Notes under the pieces: model-generated
The model's database searches: none
Told to the model about the DNA's origin: nothing
The model's input: the letters and a program-made list of their open reading frames with translations, nothing else
Made by a program: the position numbers and the translations under genes
In this document: positions 15,644 through 24,951 of the stretch, piece by piece
Position numbering within the stretch: position 1 is the first letter of the stretch
Layout of the letters: each line of letters begins with the position of its first letter
From: an uncultured Holophagaceae bacterium
GTDB lineage: Bacteria > Acidobacteriota > Holophagae > Holophagales > Holophagaceae
Length of the DNA: 64,000 nucleotides
Assembly (NCBI GenBank): GCA_903937385.1
Contig: CAIZZF010000019.1
Location: 20,993-84,992 of the forward strand
Direction of reading: 5' to 3'

Positions 15644-16909
15644 CTAGCGCATCGCCTCCATGGGGCTGAGCCGCATGGCCCGGAAGGCAGGATAGAGCCC
15701 GAACAGCAGGGCGAGGGTCAGGGCCACGATCCAGGCCGTGATCAGGCCCACGGGGTTCACCACAAGGCCGTAGGGGAAGTTGGAGGAGAGGGCCTGGCAG
15801 AGCAGGGCGCCGGACAGGGTGCCGAGTAGCGCCCCCAGGGCCGCCAGTACCAGCGCCTCAAGCAGGAACTGGATGAAGATCTCCTCATCCGAGGCCCCCA
15901 ATGCCTTCCGGAGGCCGATCTCGAAGCGGCGGTCGCTGAAGCTGATGAGCATCACTGACAGCACCCCCACGCCGCCCACCAGCAGCACGGTCCCGGCCAG
16001 GCTCAGCAGCACGACCTTCCAGCCGTGCATCTGCTCCAGGAAGTTCCGGTAGCCCTTGGCGGCCTCGGCGTCGAGGTCCATCACCTCGGCATCCTCGATG
16101 CCGTGGTGGGCCTGGCGCACGCGGCCCAGCAGCATGGCCGAGATCTCGCCTGCCTCCTGGGGATTCCGCAGCTTGACCGTGACCTGGGCCAGCCGGTGGC
16201 TCGGGTCCATGCGGTCCATGTAGGTCTCCAGGGGGATGAGGATCCCGTTGGCGTCGTAGTAGTTCTCGTCGTTGAAGATCTGGCCCGGCTCCTGCACGCC
16301 CACCAGGCGGAAGGGCACGCCGTCCACCACCAGGTCGCGGCCCACGGGATCAGCGCCGCCGAAGAGCTTCGCCGCCAGGCTGGCGCCCACCACGGCCACG
16401 GTGGAGCGGCGGCGCTGGTCGTCCTCCGTGAGGCCGCGGCCGAGGGCGATGGGGCGGTTCATCCACTGGGCGTAGTCGGGGCTCACGCCCATCACGTACA
16501 TACGCTCGGCGCCGCCGGGGGTCCGCACCGTGCTGGACTTCTGGGCCCGGGGCAGGAAGGCCAGCACCTTGGCGTTGGGCGCGTTCAGGCGGCTGAGGTC
16601 CTCGTAGCGGAGCCCGGGGCTCATGGCGAAGCGCTTGCGGTCCTCACCGGTCTCGGGGGTCTTGGGGGCGATGCGGACGGTGCCATCCCAGCTCATGCCG
16701 GCGAAGCCCGTGCTGATCTTGTCCATGAGGCCGTCCAGCACCGAGGTCATGACCACCAGCGCGAAGACGCCGAGCATGAGCAGGGTGAGGGTCAGGAGGC
16801 TGCGCAGCTTGTGGGCCCAGAGCTCCACCAAGCCGGTGCGGATCACCTCCCAGAACATGCCCAGGCTGAAGCCGCGGGCCGCGGGGCGGAGGAGGGCGCT
16901 CCTACTCAT
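15644..16909 (-). CDS. ABC transporter permease (MacB/FtsX family)
   Basis: HKLRSLLTLTLL, GGVGVLSVMLIS, RRFEIGLRKALGA, LSPMEAMR. Confidence 0.92.
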   Translation of the reverse strand: MSRSALLRPAARGFSLGMFWEVIRTGLVELWAHKLRSLLTLTLLMLGVFALVVMTSVLDGLMDKISTGFAGMSWDGTVRIAPKTPETGEDRKRFAMSPGLRYEDLSRLNAPNAKVLAFLPRAQKSSTVRTPGGAERMYVMGVSPDYAQWMNRPIALGRGLTEDDQRRRSTVAVVGASLAAKLFGGADPVGRDLVVDGVPFRLVGVQEPGQIFNDENYYDANGILIPLETYMDRMDPSHRLAQVTVKLRNPQEAGEISAMLLGRVRQAHHGIEDAEVMDLDAEAAKGYRNFLEQMHGWKVVLLSLAGTVLLVGGVGVLSVMLISFSDRRFEIGLRKALGASDEEIFIQFLLEALVLAALGALLGTLSGALLCQALSSNFPYGLVVNPVGLITAWIVALTLALLFGLYPAFRAMRLSPMEAMR

Positions 16910-18152
16910 AGCGCAGAGCCTCCATGGGGGAGAGCCTGCTGGCCTTCCAGGCTGGATAGAGGGCGAACAGGAACCCGAAGGCCCCAGCCATGCCATAGGC
17001 CCAGAAGAAACTGGCGAGGGTCATGTGCAGTGGCACGCCGATGCTGTGGGTGATGCCCCAGGAGAAGCCCACGCCGAGCACCAGGCCCGCCGCCCCGCCC
17101 AGGGCCGTGATGAGCAGGGCCTCGGTCATGAAGCCCTTGAAGATCTCCCGGCCGGAGGCGCCGATGGCCATCTTCACGCCCACCTCCCGGACCCGCTCCT
17201 TGAGGCTGGCCATCTGGATGTTGACGTTGACAATGCCGCCGCCCACCAGGGCCAGCACGCCGGACAGCAGGAAGACGATGTCGTAGACGCTGCCCTGGCT
17301 CTGGCGGCGGCGCATGCGGGCGGCCACGTCATCCAGGCGGAAGTCGTCCTGGAGCCGGTGGTTGGCGGAGACGAGGCTCTTCAGCTGCTGCGCGAACCCG
17401 CTCATGGCGGACATGTCGGGGATGCGGAAGGTGACGCGGTCCACCCGCCGGTAGGCGTCCCCGTTCATGCGGCGCTGCACCAGGTTGGCGGGCACGGCGA
17501 TGATGCGGTTGCGCCACCAGAACTGGTTGCCTCCCCCTTCGCGGAAGTGGAACACGCGTTCCTGGAAGGTTCCGATGACCGTGACGGGAATGTCGCCGAT
17601 GCGCAGGGACTGGCCGAGGGCATCGCCCTTCGGGAAGAAGGTGGCGGCGGCTTCGGTGCCGAGGATGACCACGGGCGCGCCGCCTTCCATTTCCGACAGG
17701 GAGAAGCCGCGGCCCTCGGCGAGACCGTAGCCGTTGGCCGGGATGTAGTCGCCGCCGATGCCGCTGACCGACCGGTCCTGGTCTGCGAAGGCCGAGACGA
17801 TGCGGGCCCGGGCGCCCTTCTGGCGGCTGACCCCCTGGATGGCGTCGGCCTTGAGGGCCTCGCCGCCGAGGGCGTCCGCATCGCGGAGGCCCAGGTTGGC
17901 CTGCTGCAGCGCCGTCGGCTGGCCGTCCTTCATGGCGGTCCGGGGCATGACGTTGAGCTTGTCGAGGCCGCCCATCTTGATGAACATCTCGTCGGCGCGC
18001 TTGCGCTGGCTGTCGGAGATGGAGAAGCCGCCCAGTACCGACGCCACGCCGAGCAGCACCCCGAGGGCCTGGAGGACCGAGCGGCCGAGGTTCTCCCGCA
18101 GCTCAGTCCAGGCCCCCAGCAGCCGCTCGCGGAAGGCGCCGGAGGCCTTCAT
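16902..18152 (-). CDS. ABC transporter permease (MacB/FtsX family)
   Basis: GRSVLQALGV, ERVREVGVKMAIGA, LSPMEALRYE. Confidence 0.92.
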   Translation of the reverse strand: MKASGAFRERLLGAWTELRENLGRSVLQALGVLLGVASVLGGFSISDSQRKRADEMFIKMGGLDKLNVMPRTAMKDGQPTALQQANLGLRDADALGGEALKADAIQGVSRQKGARARIVSAFADQDRSVSGIGGDYIPANGYGLAEGRGFSLSEMEGGAPVVILGTEAAATFFPKGDALGQSLRIGDIPVTVIGTFQERVFHFREGGGNQFWWRNRIIAVPANLVQRRMNGDAYRRVDRVTFRIPDMSAMSGFAQQLKSLVSANHRLQDDFRLDDVAARMRRRQSQGSVYDIVFLLSGVLALVGGGIVNVNIQMASLKERVREVGVKMAIGASGREIFKGFMTEALLITALGGAAGLVLGVGFSWGITHSIGVPLHMTLASFFWAYGMAGAFGFLFALYPAWKASRLSPMEALRYE

Positions 18153-18895
18153 GGCGCCGTCCGGGATCCGGCTTCGGTGTGGGATGCCTCAGACTCGCCC
18201 TCGCAGGGGGCCACCACTCCATCTCTAATCTCGACCCGGCGCTCGGCCAGGGCGGCGATGTGGGGGTCGTGGGTGACCAGCAGCAGGGTGTTGCCCTGGC
18301 GATGCAGCTCCTGGAAGAGCTCCAGGACCTCGGCGCCGGTCTTGGAGTCCAAGGCGCCCGTGGGCTCGTCCGCCAGCAGGAGGGCAGGGGCATTGGCCAA
18401 GGCCCGGGCCACGGCCACCCGCTGCTTCTGGCCTCCGGAGAGGGTCGCGGGCAGCTTGTCGGCCTTGTCGGCGATGCCCACCTTCTCGAGCAGGGCGAGG
18501 GCGCGCTCGCGTCGTTCTTTGCGCCCCACGCCGGCATAGAGCATGGGGAGCTCCACGTTCCGGACGATGCTCGCCTTGGGCAGCAGGTTGTAGCTCTGGA
18601 ACACGAAGCCGACCTTCTCGTTGCGGATGCGGGCCAGCTCACCGCCGCTGAGGCCCTGGACCGCGTGCCCGTCCAGGGTGTAGGTACCCGCCGTGGGCAG
18701 GTCCAGGCAGCCCAGGATGGCCATGAGCGTGGACTTGCCGGAGCCCGAGGGGCCTACCAGGGCCACGAACTCGCCCTGCTGGACGCTGAGGTCCACGCCC
18801 CGCAGCGCGTGGACGGCCGCGCCGTTGGCGCCATAGACCTTCGTCAGGCCCAGGGTCTCGATGATGGGGGAACCCGAGTCCCTAGTTGTTCTCAT
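18149..18895 (-). CDS. ABC transporter ATP-binding protein (LolD/MacB-like)
   Basis: Walker A GPSGSGKST, LSGGQKQR signature, LLLADEPTG. Confidence 0.95.
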   Translation of the reverse strand: MRTTRDSGSPIIETLGLTKVYGANGAAVHALRGVDLSVQQGEFVALVGPSGSGKSTLMAILGCLDLPTAGTYTLDGHAVQGLSGGELARIRNEKVGFVFQSYNLLPKASIVRNVELPMLYAGVGRKERRERALALLEKVGIADKADKLPATLSGGQKQRVAVARALANAPALLLADEPTGALDSKTGAEVLELFQELHRQGNTLLLVTHDPHIAALAERRVEIRDGVVAPCEGESEASHTEAGSRTAP

Positions 18896-20102
18896 CGTCC
18901 TTCTCGACCTTCTTCTTGCTGGGATCCTCGAGGCTCACCTGCTCGCCGGCCTTGAGTCCGGCGAGGATCTCCACCCGCTCCAGGGTGGCGATGCCCGCCG
19001 AGACCTGGACCACGTCGAAGTATTCCTGCCAGTGGTCCGCCAGCCAGATGAACTTGCCCCGGCCCGTGAGGCCCTCCTTGGCCTTGGCCAGCTCCTTGGG
19101 CGGCAGGTCCGCCTTCAACCGGTAGACCACCGTCTGGCCGTTGCGGCGCTGCAGGGCCTCCAGGGGCACGCTCACGGCCTTGTCCCGCTTCTCGCCCAGG
19201 ATCTCCACGTTGGCGCTCATGCCCGTGCGGAAGGACTCCGTGAGCTCGTCCAGGGCCACCTCCACCTTGAACACCTTGATCTTCTCGACCAGGTCGGCCG
19301 CGGGAGCGACGAAGCGCACCTTGCCGGTGAAGGCCCGCTGGGGATAGGCATCCAAGCTGATGCGCACGGGCTGGCCGACGCGGACTTTGGCGATGTCCAC
19401 CTCGTTGAGGTTCACCCGGACGATGAGCGAGGCCAGGTCCGCGACGGTGAAGACCACGGTGCCGGCGCTGAAGGAGCTGACGCCGGAGGTGATGGTGTCG
19501 CCCAGTTCCACACCCTTCTTGATGACCACGCCGTTCAGCGGGGCCGTGACCCGGGCCAGCTGGGTGGAGGCGTTGCCGCTGATGGGAATGCCGCGGTCCT
19601 CGACGATCTGGTAGCGCGTCTGGGCGCTCTTGTAGGACTCCTCGGCCAGGTCCCGCGTGGTCCGGGCGGCACGGTAGACCTGGTCCGAGATGAGGCCCAG
19701 GCGGAAGAGCTCGGCCTGCTGGGCAAAGTCCCGCTCGGCGTTCTTGAAGCTCACCTTGGCCTGGGACACGCTGCCCTTCACATCGGAGAGGGTCTGGGCT
19801 TGGTTCACGTCGGGTTCCACCTCAGCCAGGACCTCGCCGGCCCGGACTGTGGCGCCCTCCCGGACCTTCAGCCCGACGATGCGCCCGGACACCGTGGACT
19901 TCACATCCACCTTGGTGAGGGGGTCCACCACGCCCACCTCGCGGACGCTCACCTGGAGGTCTTCGGCCTGCACCTTCCCGAGCCGGAAGGGCGTGCTGGC
20001 CTCGGCCTTCTTGCCCTTGCCGTCGCTCCCCTTCAGGGTGAGGAACATGCCCGCAGCCAGGGCCACCCCGGCGACCGATGCGATGATCCATCGCTTCTTC
20101 AT
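18882..20102 (-). CDS. Efflux periplasmic adaptor subunit (MacA-like)
   Basis: N-terminal TM anchor, VDVKSTVSGRI, APLNGVV, VNLNEVDIAKV; start MKKRWII at 20102. Confidence 0.92.
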   Translation of the reverse strand: MKKRWIIASVAGVALAAGMFLTLKGSDGKGKKAEASTPFRLGKVQAEDLQVSVREVGVVDPLTKVDVKSTVSGRIVGLKVREGATVRAGEVLAEVEPDVNQAQTLSDVKGSVSQAKVSFKNAERDFAQQAELFRLGLISDQVYRAARTTRDLAEESYKSAQTRYQIVEDRGIPISGNASTQLARVTAPLNGVVIKKGVELGDTITSGVSSFSAGTVVFTVADLASLIVRVNLNEVDIAKVRVGQPVRISLDAYPQRAFTGKVRFVAPAADLVEKIKVFKVEVALDELTESFRTGMSANVEILGEKRDKAVSVPLEALQRRNGQTVVYRLKADLPPKELAKAKEGLTGRGKFIWLADHWQEYFDVVQVSAGIATLERVEILAGLKAGEQVSLEDPSKKKVEKDDENN

Positions 20103-20343
20103 GAAACCCCCTGATGGAAAAGATGCCGGGCGAGCCGGGATGCTGCATGAACTACGAGGCAGAGTCTGGGGTCGTTTAGCGGGCGGGTGAGCGGGCATTC
20201 GGCCAGCGGAGGCCCCGGGTCGGCGAGTGCCTTTGGGGGCCGGCAAAGGCCGCCGTTGCAACTCACCTCACCTGTGTGGCGACAATCCTCGTATCGGACC
20301 CTTAAACCTTTTCCATAAGCAGGAATGGCTTGGGTAACAGAAC

Positions 20344-20359
20344 TGGCACAGCCCGCGCT
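20344..20359 (+). promoter_or_regulatory. Candidate sigma-54 promoter
   Basis: TGGCACAGCCCGCGCT has GG-N10-GC spacing, about 55 nt upstream of ATG 20413. Confidence 0.4.
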
Positions 20360-20412
20360 ATCTGTGCTGCGGGACGATTCCCCTTCGCGGCGAGGCCGCA
20401 CCAGGAGCAACC

Positions 20413-20853
20413 ATGTTCAACCTCTCGCAGCGTGTGGCCCTCATCGTGGCGGCCGGGCTCATCGGCGCCTCCCTCATGGCCCAGGCCCCCACCGGCCAGC
20501 AGGTGGAGAAGAAGGGCGAGCGCCTCGAGCAGCGCGGCGCGGCCCAGGAGAAGAAGGGCGAGCGCCAGGAGGCCCGCGGCACGAAAAACGTCGCCAGAGG
20601 CGAGGCCAAGGTGCAGAAGGGCGCCCGCATGGAGAAGCGCGGCGAGGCCCTGGAGGCCCAGGGCAAGGTGAAGCAGGGCGAGGCCCTCGAGAAGAAGGGC
20701 GAGCACAAGGAGAAGGTGGGCGCGGCCCAGGAGCGCAAGGGCGTGCGGCAGGAAGTCCGCGGCGCCCGGAACGAGCGGAAGGGCGAGAAGAAGGAGGCCC
20801 ACGGCGAGCACCTGGAGAAGAAGGGCGCGGCCATGGAGAAGAAGGGTCTGTAG
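20413..20853 (+). CDS. Secreted low-complexity Lys/Glu/Gly heptad-repeat protein
   Basis: Signal peptide (LMA-QA) followed by about 16 heptads of the xxEKKGE type. Confidence 0.8.
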   Translation: MFNLSQRVALIVAAGLIGASLMAQAPTGQQVEKKGERLEQRGAAQEKKGERQEARGTKNVARGEAKVQKGARMEKRGEALEAQGKVKQGEALEKKGEHKEKVGAAQERKGVRQEVRGARNERKGEKKEAHGEHLEKKGAAMEKKGL

Positions 20854-21038
20854 GCCTTCCCCGAGCAAGCATACGGCCCCCACCCGGGGGCCCTATGCTT
20901 GCGGGAAGGACTGCCGATCTTCGGGCCTTTCCTCAAAGATGCCCTGTGCCTGATATTTCTCATTGGATTCAACTTGGCAGAGGGGAAACCCGATAGAGGA
21001 ACCAAGGACCCATCGGTCCGATGAGCCAGGGAGCCCCC

Positions 21039-22187
21039 ATGGTGTTTGACGTCGGTTCCACGCGGGTCGGGCCGCTGAGCACGTTCTTCGCCCCCCCGGA
21101 GCGGAGCTCTGAGCTGGAGCTGCGCCTGGAGGCCGAACTTTGTCTATCCAATCCCGTGGTCTGTTTCCTCCTGGAATCCATGGACGGCCTGGTCCTGATC
21201 CTGGATGGCAACCGGCAGGTGCTCGCCACCAATGACCGGGTCCGGGACGTGGTCGGCAGTGCCGTGGAGCCCTTGGGCCATCGGCCTGGAGAGCTCTTCG
21301 GCTGCATCCACCACGATCAGGGTCCCAGCGGCTGCGGCACCAGCTCAGCCTGTGCCCACTGCGGAGCCGTGGCGACCATCCTCGAGGTCCAGCGGACTGG
21401 GCGGGCCGTGGAGGGCGAGTGCCTGCTCACCCTGCGCAGCGGCGAGCTGACCCAGAGCGCGGAGTTCGAGCTGGCGGCCAGCCCCCTTCAGGTGGGGCTC
21501 CACACCTTCATCGTGGTGGTGCTGCACGACCAGAGCGCTCTGAAACGACGCGAGGCCCTGGAGCGGCTGTTCTTCCATGACGTGGCCAATCTCATGCAGG
21601 GGATTCGGTCCTGGGCGGAGCTGCTGGCCTCGGATTCCACCACCACGCCGGGTGCCGCCCAGAAGGTGGCGCACCTCACGGACCTGCTGGACCGGGAGCT
21701 GCGCTCCCACCGGGCCATGGCCATGGCTGAGCAGGGTGGACTCCAGCCCCAGACGCGGGCCATCCTGCCGCTGGAGATCCTCCGGGACGTGGCGGACCTG
21801 GTGGCCCGCCACACGTCGGCCGGGGACCGGAAAGTGCGGCTGCTCCCAGCACCGGAGCTGCTCATCCACACCGATCCGGAGCTGCTCTCAAGGGTCGTGC
21901 TGAACATGGCGGTCAACGCCGTCGAGGCCTCTGCCCCGGGGGAAACCGTCAGCTTGTCTGCGGTGCTTGAGGAGCAGGCGATTCGGTTCCAGGTCCACAA
22001 CCCGGGAGAGCTCCCCGAGGCGCATCGCAGCCGGATCTTCCAGCGCTCCTTCAGCACCAAGGGCAGCGCCGGCAGGGGCCTGGGCACCTACGCCATGAAG
22101 CTCTTCGGCGAGAACGTCCTGGGGGGCCGGGTCGGTTTCGAGACCGGCGCCGAAGGCACCACGTTCTGGGTTCGCCTGACCCGCTAG
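21039..22187 (+). CDS. Orphan sensor histidine kinase with Cys-rich PAS-like input domain
   Basis: C-x9-C-x5-C-x2-C motif; H-box FFHDVAN; N-box NMAVNAVEAS; FSTKGSAGRGLG. Confidence 0.88.
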   Translation: MVFDVGSTRVGPLSTFFAPPERSSELELRLEAELCLSNPVVCFLLESMDGLVLILDGNRQVLATNDRVRDVVGSAVEPLGHRPGELFGCIHHDQGPSGCGTSSACAHCGAVATILEVQRTGRAVEGECLLTLRSGELTQSAEFELAASPLQVGLHTFIVVVLHDQSALKRREALERLFFHDVANLMQGIRSWAELLASDSTTTPGAAQKVAHLTDLLDRELRSHRAMAMAEQGGLQPQTRAILPLEILRDVADLVARHTSAGDRKVRLLPAPELLIHTDPELLSRVVLNMAVNAVEASAPGETVSLSAVLEEQAIRFQVHNPGELPEAHRSRIFQRSFSTKGSAGRGLGTYAMKLFGENVLGGRVGFETGAEGTTFWVRLTR

Positions 22188-22249
22188 GGGCATGCACCAG
22201 AACGTGAAGGGCCTGTAGGCGGGTTCTCCGCGCTTGCTGGGCGGGGGGA

Positions 22250-23431
22250 CTAGCGGATGGTCTCCCGGGCGATCATGAGCTCTTCGTTGGTGGGTACCAC
22301 GGTGACAACCACGCGAGAGCCGGGGGTGGTGATGATGCGCTCGCCCGTGCCCTGCTCGTTGGCCTCGTGGTCCAACTCCACGCCGAGGAAGCTCAGCTTG
22401 CTGCAGACCTTGGACCGGACGTAGGTGCTGTGGGTGCCGATGCCCGCCGTGAAGGTGATGGCATCCACGCCGTTGAGGACCGTGGCGTAGGCGCCGATGT
22501 ACTGCCGGACGTTGTAGGTCAGGAGGTCCCGGGCCAGGCGGGCCCGGTCATTGCCGGCGTCCGCGGCCAGCTCGATCTCGCGGAAGTCCGAAGACACGCC
22601 GGAGATGCCCAGGAGGCCGGACTTCTTGTTCAGCAGGTCCGTGATGGCGTTGTAGTCCAGGTGCTCGTATTCCATGAGCATCTCCACCACGCTGGGATCG
22701 ATGGTGCCGCAGCGGGTGCCCATGATCACGCCCTGAAGCGGGGTCATGCCCATGCTGGTGTCCACGCTCTTGCCGTGGTCCACGGCGCAGATGCTGGTGC
22801 CGTTCCCGATGTGGCAGGTGACGACGCGCAGGGAGCGCAGGGGGCGGCAGAGCAGGATGGCCGTGCGGGCGGCCACGTAGGCGTGGCTGGTGCCGTGGAA
22901 GCCGTAGCGCCGGATGCCGTATTTCTGGCTGAGCTCGTAGGGGATGCCGTAGGTCCGGGCATGATCCGGGATGTTGTGGTGGAAAGCCGTGTCGAAGACC
23001 GCCACGTGGGGCACGTCCGGGAAGGCGGCGAGGGCGGTGCGGATGCCCATGGCGTTGGCGGGATTGTGCAGGGGCGCATACATGGCGAAGTGCTCCACGT
23101 CGCGGATGACCTCTTCGGTGATCAGCACGCTGTCGCCGTATTTCGGCCCACCGTGCACCACCCGGTGGCCCACGGCGTGAATCGGCGTGTCGTGCAGCAC
23201 GGTGGCCCGGAGGCGGTCCAGGATGGCCTCCAGGGCTTCCCGGTGGGTCGGCAGGGGCATGGCCTCCTTCCGCTTCTCGCCGTCGATGGTGCAGGCCAGG
23301 TTGGCCTCACCCAGGCCGATGCGCTCGGCATTGCCCTCGGCGATGGAGGTTTCCTTCCCCATGTCGAAAAGATTGAACTTCAGGCTCGATGAGCCGGCAT
23401 TCAGGACGAGTACAAGCACGGTTTCCCCCAT
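22250..23431 (-). CDS. ackA: Acetate kinase
   Basis: VLNAGSSSLK, GHRVVHGG, APLHNPAN, YGFHGTSH, TNEELMIA. Confidence 0.96.
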   Translation of the reverse strand: MGETVLVLVLNAGSSSLKFNLFDMGKETSIAEGNAERIGLGEANLACTIDGEKRKEAMPLPTHREALEAILDRLRATVLHDTPIHAVGHRVVHGGPKYGDSVLITEEVIRDVEHFAMYAPLHNPANAMGIRTALAAFPDVPHVAVFDTAFHHNIPDHARTYGIPYELSQKYGIRRYGFHGTSHAYVAARTAILLCRPLRSLRVVTCHIGNGTSICAVDHGKSVDTSMGMTPLQGVIMGTRCGTIDPSVVEMLMEYEHLDYNAITDLLNKKSGLLGISGVSSDFREIELAADAGNDRARLARDLLTYNVRQYIGAYATVLNGVDAITFTAGIGTHSTYVRSKVCSKLSFLGVELDHEANEQGTGERIITTPGSRVVVTVVPTNEELMIARETIR

Positions 23432-23512
23432 GACAGGGATCAGTCTAGCCTCGCCGGGCAGTGACCAAGGCCGCATTCTTTACTGCAGGGTCATCATCCG
23501 GGAAAGACGCCC

Positions 23513-24451
23513 CTACGCGGTGAAGACGCCCTGGGTGAGGGTTGCCGGGTCCGGCCAGGGGGCTTCGAGGGCGGCCTCGGCGGCGGCTTCGAGCTCGGCC
23601 TCCAGCCGGGGGGCGAGGCCCGGGGCCGGGGTCCAGCCCCGCAGGGCCAGCCAGGCCTCGAAGCGGGGCAGGGGGTCCTTGGCGGCCCACTGGGCCAGCA
23701 GGTCCTTGTCCACGTAGCGCTGGTTGTCGTGCTCGGCGTGGCCCTTCATGCGGAAGGTCTCGCAGACCAGGAACACCGGGCCCTTGCCGTCGAGGCAGTG
23801 CTGCCGGGCCTGGGTGGCGGCGGCGTAGACAGCCGCGGCATCGTTGCCATCCACGGTGAGGGTGAAGGCCCCCTGGGAGCGCAGGGCCATGGAGCCCACC
23901 ATCTGGCGCTCGGGTGGCGTGGAGAAGGCGAAGCCGTTGGCTTCGCCCACCAGGATCAGGGGCAGCTTCTGGACCACGGCGAAGTTGAGGCCTTCGTAGA
24001 AGGCGCCCGTGGAGCTGCCACCGTCGCCGATCCAGGTCATGGCCACCCGGCGCTCGCCCTTCTGCCGGAACGACAGGGCCACGCCCGCCATGACGGGGAT
24101 GAGGGCGCCCAGCATGGAGGTGGGCGCGATGATGCCCCGGGCGACAGAGCCGAAGTGGTTGTTGTGCTCCCGACCGCCGCTGGGGCCCGTGGCCCGGCCG
24201 AGATACTGGAGGAAGACCTCCGTGGGAGTCGCCCCGCGCACCAGCATGGCGCCCAGGTCGCGGATCAGGGGGCCGATCACATCGTCAGGGCCCAGGGCCA
24301 GGGCCGTGCCGCAGGCGGTGGCCTCCTGGCCCAGGCTGCGGTAGACGCTGCCCAGCGTCTTCCCCTGCCGGAACAGCTTCACGATCCGCTCCTCCGTGAG
24401 CCGGGTGAGCAACATCGCCTCGTGAAGGCGGAGGGCGGTGGCCTGATCCAT
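23513..24451 (-). CDS. 2-oxoacid dehydrogenase E1 alpha subunit (TPP-dependent), no adjacent beta subunit
   Basis: GQEATACG, IGDGGSS...N TPP-binding motif, TFRMKGHAEHD. Confidence 0.9.
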   Translation of the reverse strand: MDQATALRLHEAMLLTRLTEERIVKLFRQGKTLGSVYRSLGQEATACGTALALGPDDVIGPLIRDLGAMLVRGATPTEVFLQYLGRATGPSGGREHNNHFGSVARGIIAPTSMLGALIPVMAGVALSFRQKGERRVAMTWIGDGGSSTGAFYEGLNFAVVQKLPLILVGEANGFAFSTPPERQMVGSMALRSQGAFTLTVDGNDAAAVYAAATQARQHCLDGKGPVFLVCETFRMKGHAEHDNQRYVDKDLLAQWAAKDPLPRFEAWLALRGWTPAPGLAPRLEAELEAAAEAALEAPWPDPATLTQGVFTA

Positions 24452-24468
24452 CCGGTTAGCATAGACGA
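24452..24468. promoter_or_regulatory. Overlapping divergent -10 hexamers (bidirectional leaderless promoter candidate)
   Basis: + strand TAGCAT-N6-ATG; - strand TATGCT-N6-ATG; both within a 17-bp gap. Confidence 0.55.
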
Positions 24469-24951
24469 ATGCTGACCCTTCGCCCCGCCGTTCCTGCCGA
24501 TGCGCCCCTCATCCTCCAGTTCATCCGGGACCTGGCGGAGTACGAGCGCGAGCCCCAGGCCGCTGTCGCCACCGAGGCCGACCTCCTGCGCTACGCCTTC
24601 TCGGAGCATCCCCTGGTGCACGTGACCATGGCCGACTGGGACGGCCAGCCCGCGGGCTTCGCCCTGTGGTTCCTCAACTTCAGCACCTGGGAGGGCAAGC
24701 CCGGCATCTACCTCGAGGACCTCTTCGTGCGACCGGCCCTCCGGGGCAAGGGCATTGGCAAGGCGCTGCTGCAGGACCTGGCGGCCACCGCCGTGAAGGA
24801 GGGCTGGACCCGCTTCGTCTGGCAGGTGCTGGACTGGAACACGCCCGCCATCGAGTTCTACGAGGCCCACGGGGCCAAGGTCCTGCGCGAGTGGCTGACC
24901 TGCCGGGTGAGCGGAGCGGCCCTTGAGCGGCTGGCCGGGGCGGACGATTGA
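24469..24951 (+). CDS. GNAT family N-acetyltransferase (SSAT-like)
   Basis: NFSTWEGKPGIYLEDLFVRPALRGKGIG, VLDWNTPAIEFY. Confidence 0.92.
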   Translation: MLTLRPAVPADAPLILQFIRDLAEYEREPQAAVATEADLLRYAFSEHPLVHVTMADWDGQPAGFALWFLNFSTWEGKPGIYLEDLFVRPALRGKGIGKALLQDLAATAVKEGWTRFVWQVLDWNTPAIEFYEAHGAKVLREWLTCRVSGAALERLAGADD

